Numbered from the stretch's first letter, positions 10,665 through 19,871 are shown. The stretch is DNA of 32,000 nt from Halomicronema hongdechloris C2206 (GCF_002075285.3 NZ_CP021983.2:2190001-2222000); one strand, 5' to 3'. Numbers and translations: made by a program. Notes: a model not told the origin generated them from the letters alone.

Positions 10665-10959
10665 AGGACAAGCTAGAAATCCCTAGTTGGGTTGAGAATT
10701 TGGCGATACATAGTGATTCTTGCTCACTGTATATCTCTCTTGCCAATGGCGACAATGGCGGCATGGGGCCAGAAAGATGGCTTTGCCATCAATGGCTGGC
10801 AAGGGGGCGGCGGATATCCGAACTCTTGATCGGACTGCTAAGAGCACTGCTCCGGTAGAGTATTGGTAGGGATTTAGACGCCTATGGGTTCACTGGAGGG
10901 GGGCGTCAGACGGGGGCTAAGGGCGGCATCAGTGTCGGCACTCCCGTCGCGTCGTAGAT

Positions 10960-10995
10960 CTAGAGGCAACAAGCTAGAGGCAACAAGAGGCAACA
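10960..10995. repeat. Tandem repeat CTAGAGGCAACAAG x2 plus partial third copy
   Basis: Copies at 10960-10973 and 10974-10987 are identical, followed by AGGCAACA. It lies just upstream of the likely protease start at 11004. Confidence 0.9.
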
Positions 10996-11003
10996 TCGGC
11001 ATC

Positions 11004-12543
11004 ATGGTGACGATTCTGATTCTATCGGTTGCGATCGCACTATTGGTCTGGGGATTTTTGCGAGCTCGTCCCTACGGCAAAATCGGTATTCTTGCCTGGC
11101 TGCAATCCGCGACACTGATGGCTCCCTGGCTGCTGTTTTTCGGCCTATTCGCCGCAGGCATTTATCTCAATCTGGCGGTCCGTCCTGGGATTACTGATTC
11201 TCTCAGCCGGCATCTATATCTATTTAGGACGGCGGCTGCGAGCCTTAGGGGAAGACGAACTGGCGAAACGACGGGCAGCCATGGCCACTGCCAAAGATAC
11301 TGCCAAAGATACTGCCAAAGATACTGACAGTGCTAGTGCCACTGCAGACGCTGAGGCGGCCACTGAGGCGTCTGAGTCCGATCAAGCTAGCGCCTCGGCT
11401 GCAGCCGCCCCCCCAGAGTCCCCTTCCATCTCCATCCCAGCCGAAGAGCTCAGCGCCATAGAAGGCATCTTTGGCATCGACACGTTCTTTCGCACCGAGA
11501 CGATTCCCTACCAAGAGGGGGCCATCTTTCGCGGCAACCTGCGGGGGGAGCCAGAGGCCACCCGAGTCAAGCTCTCCTCCCTGTTACAGGAGCGACTCGA
11601 GCATAAGTATCGATTATTTCTGGTAGAAAATACCGAAGGCAAACCGGTGGTGGTGGTACTGCCCAGTAGTGTTGAGCCCGCTAAGACGACGCCGACACAG
11701 ATTGGCCTGGCCGTGGTACTGGGGCTGGCGACCTTGGCTACCAGCTTCGAGACCGGCGGAATTTTACAGGGCTTTGACCTATTACAGTCTCCTCAGCGGT
11801 GGACAGAAGCCTTCCCCATTGCCCTGGGATTAGCCTTAATCCTGGGGACCCACGAGCTGGGTCATCGGCTGTTGGCTCGCCGCCATGACGTCAAGCTGGG
11901 TCCACCCTTTTTTATTCCAGCCTGGCAGATCGGCTCCTTTGGCGCCCTGACCCGGTTTGAATCCCTATTGCCGAACCGTTCCGTCCTCTTCGATGTGGCC
12001 TTGGCTGGGCCTGCTGTCGGCGGGTTAGTGTCTTTACTCATGCTGATCTTGGGCTTGGTGCTGTCCCATCCGGGCAGTTTGTTTCAGATTCCAGCCGAAG
12101 TTTTCCAGGGATCAGTGCTGGTTGGATTCCTAGCTCGGGTGGTGTTGGGGGCGGCCTTGCAAGAACCGATGGTGGACGTGCATCCCCTGACGATTATTGG
12201 CTGGCTGGGCTTGGTGATTACGGCGCTCAACCTGATGCCAGCTGGCCAGCTGGATGGCGGTCGCATCGTACAGGCCATCTACGGCCGCAAAACGGCGGGT
12301 CGCACTACGGTGATCACCTTGATTGTGCTGGCCTTGGTGTCTATCATGAATCCCTTAGCCCTCTACTGGGCGGCGTTAATTCTGCTGTTGCAGCGCACCT
12401 TGGAGCGGCCCAGCCTTAACGACTTAACCGAGCCCGATGATGCCCGAGCTGCCCTGGGCTTGCTGGCTTTATTTTTAATGTTGGCCACCCTGCTGCCCCT
12501 AACCCCGAGTCTGGCAGGGCGCCTGGGTATCGGGGCCGGATAG
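11004..12543 (+). pseudogene. Site-2 (M50 / EGY-like) membrane metalloprotease, interrupted by a +1 frameshift at about 11178-11185
   Basis: Track ORF 10884-11327 carries the N-terminal TM helices (MVTILILSVAIALLVWGF...AAGIYLNLAV), then turns into junk. Track ORF 11281-12543 carries HELGH (HExxH) and NLMPAGQLDGGR. Upstream of its ATG, the second frame reads VLGLLILSAGIYIYLGRRLRALGEDELAKRRAA, which continues the first ORF seamlessly. The junction is GTCCGTCC. Removing one GTCC restores a single ORF. Confidence 0.8.
11290..11325 (+). repeat. In-frame 12-bp tandem repeat GCCAAAGATACT x3 (AKDT x3)
   Basis: Three perfect copies at 11290-11301, 11302-11313 and 11314-11325, in the hydrophilic linker of the protease. 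Confidence 0.95.
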
Positions 12544-12637
12544 GTCATCCCCACAAACTACCCCGTTTATCCCCGCCATAGGGTAGGTTAGGACAACGGG
12601 GGGCTGCCGACACCCGATCAATTGCGCGTTCACCACC

Positions 12638-13192
12638 ATGGCTTCTCAATCCCTAGGCGATCCAGTCACAGTTCATCACAGGGCTCAGCAGTTGAGCTGT
12701 GAGCAGAGTTTTTATTATTTTGCCTATGGATCGTGTATGTGTCCGGTGGACTTGAAGCGATCTCTGGGAGAGTCAACCCATGGCTATGTAGTCGGTCCGG
12801 CCCTGTTACCTGGCTACCGATTAGGGTTTTTCCGCCGTTCCCAGCGCCGGAACTGCGGCGTTTTAGACGTGATTCAAGACGCAGAAGCTCAAGTGCATGG
12901 GGTATTGTATCGATTGCCTTGGCGCCTCAGTGCCTGCCTAGATGAGCGAGAAGAAGGGTATTGTCAGCAGCGGGTTACGGTTCACTGCCGAGGGCGCTGC
13001 TATCCCCAAACCCGCACCTACACGGTGGTCGACAAGTTGTATCAGGAAATCGCCCCCAATGATTGGTATAGCTCGGTGGTGTTACGGGGGGCCTGGACCT
13101 GTGGCTTGCCAGAGCAATACTGTTGGCAGCTCTTCCACCATATCCAGCGGCTGCAGCAGCGGCGATCCCCTGATGTCTGGAGCAGGATCTAG
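12638..13192 (+). CDS. Gamma-glutamylcyclotransferase (AIG2/GGCT-like) family protein
   Basis: 184-aa ORF with the YYFAYGSCMCPVDL motif (equivalent to YGS.M in the GGCT fold). Downstream segments GYRLGF and VHGVLYRL are also present. Confidence 0.75.
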   Translation: MASQSLGDPVTVHHRAQQLSCEQSFYYFAYGSCMCPVDLKRSLGESTHGYVVGPALLPGYRLGFFRRSQRRNCGVLDVIQDAEAQVHGVLYRLPWRLSACLDEREEGYCQQRVTVHCRGRCYPQTRTYTVVDKLYQEIAPNDWYSSVVLRGAWTCGLPEQYCWQLFHHIQRLQQRRSPDVWSRI

Positions 13193-13206
13193 GCCGGGGG
13201 GATACG

Positions 13207-13974
13207 ATGAGCCGGGCCGGAAAGCCAACTGTTTTGCCGAAGCTGAGGGGAGGACGCCGATGGCCCTTGCTGTTGCAGATCATCGGGTTGGGGACGTTGT
13301 TGCTGCTGCTCTCTGGCTGTGTTCGCTATGACGTCAGCATTCAGTTTGACCGCCAAACTCGTGGGCAGATTGTTCAACATGTGCACCTAACGCAGCGAGC
13401 CGCAGCGGTTGCTGCCGATGAGGTGGCCCTTTGGAGACAACAGTTGCAGGCCCGGGCTCAAGCCCTAGGGGGACGGGTGCGTTCTCCATCGACAGCCGAT
13501 ATGGATATCGTGTTGCCGTTTCACAATGGGGCCGAGTTGACGCGGGTCTTTAATCAGTTTTTTCAGCCAGAGGCCGATTGGCAGGCGGTGGGACTCCCCC
13601 AGGTGGCAACGATGCAGGCTCAGTTATCCTTGCAACAGGGAAATTGGCTGGTGGCAATCCGCAATCATTTTGTGGTGGAGGTGGATTTACGGGATGTCCC
13701 TGAACTGTCGCCGCTGCCTGAGACATGGATGTCACGCCCTTGGCTGGATTTACGATTTGCCTGGCAAACCCCCTGGGGCCTGACGGTGAGGGAGACGACC
13801 ACGGTGCCGCCGCTCTCTAAGCAAGACGGGGTGGCCCAGTGGCGATTGCGGCCAGGGCAGGTGAATTATTTGGAGGGGATAGTCTGGGTGCCCAGCTGGG
13901 TTGGCATCGGCACCCTTGCGATCGCAACCCTGGTGGCCTTGGGTTGGGGGATAAAATACCGGTTGCGAAACTGA
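13207..13974 (+). CDS. Hypothetical lipoprotein with C-terminal membrane anchor
   Basis: 255-aa ORF. It has a signal peptide with lipobox LLLLSGC and a C-terminal TM helix (WVGIGTLAIATLVALGWGI). I recognise no catalytic motif. Confidence 0.75.
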   Translation: MSRAGKPTVLPKLRGGRRWPLLLQIIGLGTLLLLLSGCVRYDVSIQFDRQTRGQIVQHVHLTQRAAAVAADEVALWRQQLQARAQALGGRVRSPSTADMDIVLPFHNGAELTRVFNQFFQPEADWQAVGLPQVATMQAQLSLQQGNWLVAIRNHFVVEVDLRDVPELSPLPETWMSRPWLDLRFAWQTPWGLTVRETTTVPPLSKQDGVAQWRLRPGQVNYLEGIVWVPSWVGIGTLAIATLVALGWGIKYRLRN

Positions 13975-14077
13975 TGTTGAGACAGCTCACTTCTAGGGCA
14001 AGGGGAGGGTATAGTGAAGGCTGAGTAATCCCCCCGACGGGTAGATTTTTTTTGGTGTGTAAGGAGGTGTAGACCCC

Positions 14078-14443
14078 ATGCGGCAGCTGAATTTTGTTGT
14101 CATTTTCGTCATCTGTCTGGCCTTGGTTCTGTTCGGCATTGAGAACACCGAACCAGCCGTCATCCACATCGTACGTGGTGTTGAGATTGAGGCTCCCCTA
14201 TCGATAGAACTAATTATGGCCATGGGGGTGGGGGCCGTCCTAGCTTGGGTCTTTAGCGTCTGGGTGCAATTGCAAGGATTCTTTTCAGTCAACAAACAGA
14301 TGCAACAGCGAGAGGTGCGCATCCAGCAGCTAGAAGAAGACGTCGAGCGCTATCGGGTGGAACTGGAAGAGCAGAAGTTGATGCTGCCAGCCTCTAAGGC
14401 GGCTCAGGAAGAGGGAGACAACACTGAGGCCTTTGTCCAATAG
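14078..14443 (+). CDS. LapA/DUF1049-like small membrane protein
   Basis: 121-aa ORF preceded by a strong AAGGAGG Shine-Dalgarno sequence. It has two TM helices, then a charged coiled-coil tail (QQREVRIQQLEEDVERYRVELEEQK). Confidence 0.75.
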   Translation: MRQLNFVVIFVICLALVLFGIENTEPAVIHIVRGVEIEAPLSIELIMAMGVGAVLAWVFSVWVQLQGFFSVNKQMQQREVRIQQLEEDVERYRVELEEQKLMLPASKAAQEEGDNTEAFVQ

Positions 14444-14471
14444 AATGTCTCTAGTGACGGATGAATGAGCT

Positions 14472-15338
14472 ATGGCCCTTTCTCTGGCCCAAACAGCGAT
14501 CGCATTTCTGATCGATCTGGCCGAACAAGGGGAGATCGATCCCTGGGATGTCAAAGTCATCGATGTCATTGATCGCTTTCTCAGTACCTTGCGATCGCAC
14601 CTCCCCCCCCCGGTAGCCACGGGTCGAACCGCCCACGAAACCAGTTTGTCGGAAGCGGGTCAAGGCTTTCTCTATGCCTCCATGTTGGTGCTGCTTAAGG
14701 CCGATACCCTGGCGCGGGCAGAGACAGAACCCGAGGACCTGTTAGAGTCAGACGAATTCTTCGAAGAGGATGCCTTTGCCGCGGCTCCCCTACCCCGGCA
14801 TCTAGAAAATCATCTCCACCGGCGAGCCGTGGCCACCCCGCCGCAGCGACGACCGGTGACCCTGAATGAGTTAATCGAGCAGCTCGAGACCATTGCCGCC
14901 GTCATGGCAGAACATCCCCCCCGAGCCCGAGCCCGGCGGGTGCGATCGCAACCAAAACGGCAGGCCGTGCGCGCCATTGCTCAGTTAGCCCACCAGGAAA
15001 ATCTCTCCGAAATTGCCGCCGCCCTAGAGACCTTTCTCGACGCCTACTGGGAGCAGCTAGAAGATAGTCTCACCTGGATCGATTTCGAAGATCTGTTGAC
15101 CCTATGGCCACAGTTTCAGCCAGAGGCACTAAAATCGGGCCATTCCCACACCACTCCCGAAGCCGCCGACATCCATGAACGGGTGGGGGTATTTTGGGGA
15201 CTCCTGTTTCTCTCGGCCCAGTCCAAGGTGGAACTTTCCCAACGGGAGTTCTATCAAGATCTCAAGGTTCGTAATTTGAAACGGGTGCCTCTCAGTGAGG
15301 CCGAAGAAGCCATGCCATCCTATGGGTTGCCTGATTAG
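14472..15338 (+). CDS. scpA: Segregation and condensation protein A
   Basis: 288-aa ORF with the characteristic N-terminus AIAFLIDLAEQGEIDPWDVKVIDVIDRFL. The C-terminal winged-helix-like end reads VELSQREFYQDLKV. Confidence 0.88.
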   Translation: MALSLAQTAIAFLIDLAEQGEIDPWDVKVIDVIDRFLSTLRSHLPPPVATGRTAHETSLSEAGQGFLYASMLVLLKADTLARAETEPEDLLESDEFFEEDAFAAAPLPRHLENHLHRRAVATPPQRRPVTLNELIEQLETIAAVMAEHPPRARARRVRSQPKRQAVRAIAQLAHQENLSEIAAALETFLDAYWEQLEDSLTWIDFEDLLTLWPQFQPEALKSGHSHTTPEAADIHERVGVFWGLLFLSAQSKVELSQREFYQDLKVRNLKRVPLSEAEEAMPSYGLPD

Positions 15339-15372
15339 CTTGGCCCTAGACATCCTGGCCAAGTTTGAAATT
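15339..15372 (+). terminator. Candidate intrinsic terminator after scpA
   Basis: Perfect 7-bp stem CTTGGCC (15339-15345) / GGCCAAG (15357-15363) with an 11-nt loop, followed by TTTGAAATT. Confidence 0.5.
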
Positions 15373-15540
15373 CCTGTTGGCAAACCCTGGAGCCAGCTAT
15401 GGCTCTGTAAGAACTCTTTGAATTATAGGGCCATCCCTGGGAAGCCTTAGAATCAGTTGATAGCATAGCGAAGTCATTGGCTTCAGACCAAGGCAACCTG
15501 AGGGGTATAACGACAGCTTGTTTCAGTTACAGCTGACTCT

Positions 15541-15558
15541 GTCTTATCTGTCTTATCT
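15541..15558. repeat. Tandem repeat GTCTTATCT x2 upstream of the cugP-like gene
   Basis: Copies at 15541-15549 and 15550-15558 are identical. Confidence 0.9.
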
Positions 15559-15594
15559 GTTGTTGACTATTGTTATAGAGGGGATACGGGATTT

Positions 15595-16758
15595 ATGAAA
15601 GCCATGATTCTGGCAGCGGGTAAGGGAACTCGCGTCCGCCCGATCACATACACCATTCCCAAGCCCATGATTCCGATTCTGCAGAAGCCAGTGATGGAAT
15701 TTCTGCTGGAACTTCTGCGCCAGCATGGCTTCAGCCAAGTCATGGTCAATGTCAGTCACCTGGCCAATGAAATCGAGGGCTATTTTCGAGATGGCCAGCG
15801 CTTCGGAGTGGAACTGGGCTACTCCTTCGAAGGCCGCATCGTCGATGGTCAGTTAGTAGGGGAAGCGCGGGGCTCTGCCGGCGGCATGCGCAAAATCCAG
15901 GATTTCTATCCCTTCTTTGACGACACATTTATTGTGCTCTGCGGCGACGCCCTGATCGACCTCAACCTCAGCGAAGCGGTGCGGCGTCACCAGGAAAAAG
16001 GATCAATTGCCACCATTGTGATGCAATCGGTGCCCCTGAAGCAGGTGCCCAGTTACGGGGTAGTGGTGACCGATGACGACGGTCGGGTCAAGTCCTTCCA
16101 GGAAAAACCCAAGGTCGAAGAAGCCCTCAGCACCGACATCAATACCGGCATTTACATCTTCGAGCCCGAGATCTTCGACTACATTCCCTCGGGAGTTGAG
16201 TTTGATATCGGCGGTGATTTATTCCCGCGCTTGGTGGCGGCCAATGCCCCCTTCTATGGCATCACCATGGACTTTGAGTGGGTTGATATCGGTAAGGTGC
16301 CCGATTACTGGCAAGCGATTCAGGATGTGCTGACCGGCAAAGTAAAGCTGGTCGAGATTCCTGGCAATGAGGTTTGCCCGGGTGTCTATGCCGGCCTCAA
16401 CGTCAAGGCAAACTGGGATAAGGTCCACATCGAAGGTCCGGTGTATATCGGTGGCATGACTCACATTGAAGATGGGGCGACCATCATTGGCCCCAGCATG
16501 ATCGGCCCCAATTGTTGCATCTGCAGTGGTGCCATTGTCGATAAGAGTGTCATCTTCGAATACTCCCGCATCGGTCCTGGCGTGCGTCTGGTGGATAAGC
16601 TGGTGTTTGGCCGCTATTGTGTGGACAAAACCGGAGCGTCCATTGACATGCAAGCCGCCGCCCTAGACTGGCTGATCACTGATACCCGGCAAGAACTCCC
16701 GGCTGAACCGCCAGTAGAGCATCGTGCGATCGCAGAGTTGCTGGGGCAGAAAGCCTGA
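15595..16758 (+). CDS. cugP: NDP-sugar pyrophosphorylase, CugP-type UDP-glucose pyrophosphorylase (usually annotated as mannose-1-phosphate guanylyltransferase)
   Basis: 387-aa ORF. The N-terminus MKAMILAAGKGTRVRPIT carries the nucleotidyltransferase motif. A C-terminal left-handed beta-helix region follows. Length and N-terminal sequence match my recollection of cyanobacterial CugP. Confidence 0.8.
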   Translation: MKAMILAAGKGTRVRPITYTIPKPMIPILQKPVMEFLLELLRQHGFSQVMVNVSHLANEIEGYFRDGQRFGVELGYSFEGRIVDGQLVGEARGSAGGMRKIQDFYPFFDDTFIVLCGDALIDLNLSEAVRRHQEKGSIATIVMQSVPLKQVPSYGVVVTDDDGRVKSFQEKPKVEEALSTDINTGIYIFEPEIFDYIPSGVEFDIGGDLFPRLVAANAPFYGITMDFEWVDIGKVPDYWQAIQDVLTGKVKLVEIPGNEVCPGVYAGLNVKANWDKVHIEGPVYIGGMTHIEDGATIIGPSMIGPNCCICSGAIVDKSVIFEYSRIGPGVRLVDKLVFGRYCVDKTGASIDMQAAALDWLITDTRQELPAEPPVEHRAIAELLGQKA

Positions 16759-16855
16759 TACTAGCTCTGTACATCCTACCGAGGCCCGCCGAGGGGCAGG
16801 GCAAGCTACCCTTATGATTAGGCTGAAAACTATTTGGCCAAAAATTTTTCAATAA

Positions 16856-16874
16856 TCATTTAGCTTCATTTAGC
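16856..16874. repeat. Direct repeat TCATTTAGC x2 (1-bp spacer) in AT-rich spacer
   Basis: Copies at 16856-16864 and 16866-16874 are identical. Confidence 0.9.
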
Positions 16875-17070
16875 CATGTATTCTGATCACGGGATTACTG
16901 CCATCTGTCAATCGCGATTTAATTGGGTTTGAGGCGACCTCAGGATCTTTTTTATTTGTATAGTCTAAGTTGCGGCTAGAGAGATAAAGAGCCCGCAAGT
17001 ATTAATTCAACCGAATAGTGATATAAGTTGTCCCCCCCTAGGGGGCATTGAATTTTAGCGGGAGTCAACG

Positions 17071-17090
17071 GTTAACTGACTACAGTTAAC
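17071..17090. promoter_or_regulatory. Perfect palindrome GTTAACTG-ACTA-CAGTTAAC 16 bp upstream of the transporter operon start
   Basis: 8-bp arms at 17071-17078 and 17083-17090 are exact reverse complements. A second palindrome CCCCCTAGGGGG lies at 17034-17045. This is either an operator or a 5' UTR hairpin. Confidence 0.4.
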
Positions 17091-17105
17091 GACCACAGGT
17101 GAAGC

Positions 17106-17966
17106 ATGCGGCAATTACTCAGAGTGTTTCTAGGCTCTCTGGCGGTAGCAACGGTGATCCAAGGCTGTGCCAGTAATCCTGGAACGCAGGAGGCAACTGA
17201 GCCCACCGAGACCACCACCGCAACTACCGCTGCAGCAGGCAGCGGCACTCTCACCATTAAGGCCAATGGTGAAGACTTTGTGCGGCAAGGGTTTGTCACC
17301 AAAGACGGCTGGGAGATCCAGTTCGACCATGTCTATGTCACCCTAGCTGAGGTGACCGCTTACCAGAGTGATCCGCCCTTTGATCCAGACTCAGACGCTA
17401 GCATCCAAGCCCAAGAGACCGTTAAGAGTGACGCTGCTGTGACGGTTGACTTGGCAGCAGGGAATGCCGACGCTGAACCAATTCAAGTGACTAGCTTAGA
17501 GGCACCGGCTGGTCGCTATAATGCCCTGTCCTGGAAGATGGTCGGCGATGCCGAAGGGCCAGCCGGTGGCTATCCGTTGGTATTGCAGGGCACCGCCACT
17601 AAAGCTGGCCAAACCATTGACTTCACGATTCAGGTGGCAGAAGAATTGAGCTTTGTCTGTGGCGACTATGTTGGCGAGGAGCGCAAAGGCATGCTCACAG
17701 CCACCGACCAGGCCGATTTAGAAGCCACCTTTCACTTCGATCACCTCTTTGGCGATGGGGAAGCCCCCCCTGACGATGAGATCAATACAGGCGCGCTAGG
17801 TTTTGAGCCCTTCGCCGCCCTAGCGGAGTCGGGACAGGTGACGGCCGATAGTCAAACCTTGCAGCAGGAATTACCGGCGGCAGAGTACGAGAAATTTATG
17901 GAGATCTTGCCTAGCTTGGGCCATGTCGGTGAAGGCCACTGCGACGAGACTGATTTGGCGGCATGA
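17106..17966 (+). CDS. Secreted lipoprotein, first gene of the Ni/Co ECF-type uptake operon (possible NikK-like periplasmic component)
   Basis: 286-aa ORF. It has a signal peptide with lipobox VIQGC, a Thr-rich linker and a soluble domain. His/Cys-rich segments are present (TFHFDHLFGDGE and a C-terminal GHVGEGHCDE). Its stop overlaps the next start as ATGA. Confidence 0.8.
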   Translation: MRQLLRVFLGSLAVATVIQGCASNPGTQEATEPTETTTATTAAAGSGTLTIKANGEDFVRQGFVTKDGWEIQFDHVYVTLAEVTAYQSDPPFDPDSDASIQAQETVKSDAAVTVDLAAGNADAEPIQVTSLEAPAGRYNALSWKMVGDAEGPAGGYPLVLQGTATKAGQTIDFTIQVAEELSFVCGDYVGEERKGMLTATDQADLEATFHFDHLFGDGEAPPDDEINTGALGFEPFAALAESGQVTADSQTLQQELPAAEYEKFMEILPSLGHVGEGHCDETDLAA

Positions 17967-18415
17967 ACTACCTGAAGGGGCTACTGCTAGGCAGTGTCAG
18001 TGGCATCGCCATTGCTATGCCGGCCTGGGGCCATGGGGTTGATCTAGGCTATCGCCAGACCCAGGCGGTGGAAATTACCGCCACCTTTGACTCCGGTGAA
18101 CCGATGGCCAATGCCCAGGTGGCAGTGTATGCCCCGGATGACCCCAGTCAACCTTGGCTGACTGGCACAACGGACGAGCAAGGGCGGTTTGTGTTTTCGC
18201 CGGACAGAGCTGAAGCGGGAACCTGGGAAGTGACGGTCCGCCAGGCTGGCCATGGTGATGTGATTGCGATTCCCGTAGATGAAGACGCTGGTGCGACGTT
18301 GGCAACGACGAGTGGCCATGGCGACCTATCGCCTCTGCAGCGGTGGGTCTTGGCTGCAGCGGTGATCTGGGGCTTTATTGGCACCGCCTTATTCTTTGCG
18401 AGAGGCAAGCGCTAG
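17963..18415 (+). CDS. Small 2-TM accessory protein of the Ni/Co transporter (NikL-like; beta-sandwich periplasmic domain)
   Basis: 150-aa ORF. The N-terminal signal/TM ends AMPAWG-HGVD. The periplasmic segment reads QVAVYAPDD...TDEQGRFVF...GTWEVTV, like a carboxypeptidase-regulatory-type fold. A C-terminal TM helix reads WVLAAAVIWGFIGTALFF. Its stop TAG overlaps the next GTG start. Confidence 0.8.
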   Translation: MNYLKGLLLGSVSGIAIAMPAWGHGVDLGYRQTQAVEITATFDSGEPMANAQVAVYAPDDPSQPWLTGTTDEQGRFVFSPDRAEAGTWEVTVRQAGHGDVIAIPVDEDAGATLATTSGHGDLSPLQRWVLAAAVIWGFIGTALFFARGKR

Positions 18416-19065
18416 TGCATATTCCCGATGGGATTTTACCGGCTCAGGTGTGTGCGGGAGGCTATGCCATGACTGGCTTGGCTACCTGGTATGCCCTGCG
18501 CCAAATTAATCACAAACCCGATCCTACTGCCGAAATCCCCAAAGGGGCTCTGTTGACGGCGGCATTTTTTGTGGCCTCGTCCATCTATATCCCGATTCCG
18601 CCTGCCAGTGTGCATCTGATTCTGAACGGGCTGCTGGGAGTGATGCTAGGATATTTTGCCTTCCCGGCGATTTTGATCGGGTTGTTTTTTCAGGCGATTG
18701 TCTTGGGCCATGGCGGACTGACGACGCTGGGGGTGAATGCTGTCATGATGGGGATTCCGGCGGTGCTGGCCTATCATCTGTTTCGGTTGCACGATCATTT
18801 CGACCGGCGGTTGCCCGCTAGGTGGTCTTTGGCCATCTTTGCTTTTTTGGGGGGGGGCCTGGGGTTAGGCATCACGGCCTTGAGCTTCTTCACTCTAGTC
18901 GTGGCGACGGTGCCGGCTGATTTCGATAGCGCGGCAGAAAAGACCGCTATTGTTGGCCTGTTGTTGACTCATCTCCCCTTGATAGGAATTGAGGGGGTAT
19001 TTACGGCGCTGTTGGTCCTATTCTTGCAGCGGGTCAAACCGGAACTACTGAAGGAATCACCCTAG
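18415..19065 (+). CDS. cbiM: ECF transporter substrate-capture component CbiM/NikM
   Basis: The in-frame GTG at 18415 gives the N-terminus (M)HIPDGILP. This is the hallmark metal-binding N-terminus of CbiM/NikM. The track start at 18343 would bury it. The protein is polytopic. Confidence 0.88.
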   Translation: MHIPDGILPAQVCAGGYAMTGLATWYALRQINHKPDPTAEIPKGALLTAAFFVASSIYIPIPPASVHLILNGLLGVMLGYFAFPAILIGLFFQAIVLGHGGLTTLGVNAVMMGIPAVLAYHLFRLHDHFDRRLPARWSLAIFAFLGGGLGLGITALSFFTLVVATVPADFDSAAEKTAIVGLLLTHLPLIGIEGVFTALLVLFLQRVKPELLKESP

Positions 19066-19067
19066 CC

Positions 19068-19871
19068 ATGGCACCGACATTATCTTTAGATGCCTATACC
19101 CGGCTGGAGTCACCCATTCATCGTTGGCAGCCTCGGTTGAAGCTGGTGGGGTTGGTGGCCCTGATTTTTGCCTTTGCTGGGGTGCGACAGTGGGTCTTAG
19201 TCTTGCCCATGGTGGTTATTACCCTACTGCTCTACGGACTGTCCCGGCTGCCGTTGCGATTTTTACTGCAGCGGCTACATTATCCAGGCATGTTTATTTT
19301 GGCGGTGGTATTGGTGCTGCCCTTTGCTTCGGGAGATACGGTGCTATGGCAGTGGGGCTGGCTCAGCCTGTATTGGGAGGGAGTACTGACCATGGGGTTG
19401 GTGGTTTGCCGGTTTCTGGCCATTTTGACGACGGGCTTTATTTTGTTAGGCACGACGCCGTTTTTGAGTCTAATTCAGGCGCTGCGATCCCTAGGGTTGC
19501 CGGCCTTGCTGGCGGATATGACCCTATTGGCCTATCGCTATCTCTATGACATCGCCGATACCCTGACGACGATGCAACAGGCGATGCGATTGCGAGGATT
19601 GGGTCGGAGTCAGAGGAAGTCGTCATGGCTGCGGTTAGATATGCGGTTGATGCGGCAGTTGGCGTCGTTGACGGGCAGTCTATTGATCCGCAGCTATGAA
19701 CGCTCGGAACGGGTCTATAAGGCCATGCGGCTACGGGGCTATGGGGTGTCGACTCGCCGTCCTGCAGCGGGTATGCCCTCGGTTGATGGTTACAGTTATT
19801 GGGCCACGGCCCTGTCGTTGATGCTGGCGGCCACGTTTATGGTTGTAGAACTGCGAGGAATGGGCCGATGA
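19068..19871 (+). CDS. cbiQ: ECF transporter transmembrane (T) component CbiQ
   Basis: 267-aa polytopic ORF starting 2 bp after the cbiM stop, with Arg-rich cytoplasmic coupling helices (AMRLRG, twice). Its stop overlaps the next ATG as ATGA. Confidence 0.85.
   Translation: MAPTLSLDAYTRLESPIHRWQPRLKLVGLVALIFAFAGVRQWVLVLPMVVITLLLYGLSRLPLRFLLQRLHYPGMFILAVVLVLPFASGDTVLWQWGWLSLYWEGVLTMGLVVCRFLAILTTGFILLGTTPFLSLIQALRSLGLPALLADMTLLAYRYLYDIADTLTTMQQAMRLRGLGRSQRKSSWLRLDMRLMRQLASLTGSLLIRSYERSERVYKAMRLRGYGVSTRRPAAGMPSVDGYSYWATALSLMLAATFMVVELRGMGR

Noticed and set aside
10884-11003. Long N-terminal extension of the first protease ORF (MGSLEGGVRRGLRAAS...)
   Set aside because: The Arg-rich stretch has no counterpart in S2P proteins, and it includes the 14-bp tandem repeat. 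The ATG at 11004 directly precedes the first TM helix and is the more plausible start.
13975-14077. Possible terminator at the T8 run (about 14047-14054) after the lipoprotein gene
   Set aside because: The preceding sequence forms only a 3-bp GC stem. The T-run is more likely part of the leader of the next gene, which has a strong AAGGAGG ribosome-binding site.
16759-17105. Cobalamin riboswitch or NikR box upstream of the Ni/Co transporter operon
   Set aside because: I could find no B12-box-like sequence and no GTATGA-N16-TCATAC type dyad. The palindromes that are present are reported separately as uncharacterised.
18343-18414. Track start for the CbiM/NikM ORF, 24 codons upstream
   Set aside because: It would overlap the preceding gene by 73 nt. 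It would also bury the MHIPDG N-terminus, which must be the free amino terminus for metal binding in this family. The GTG at 18415 is chosen.
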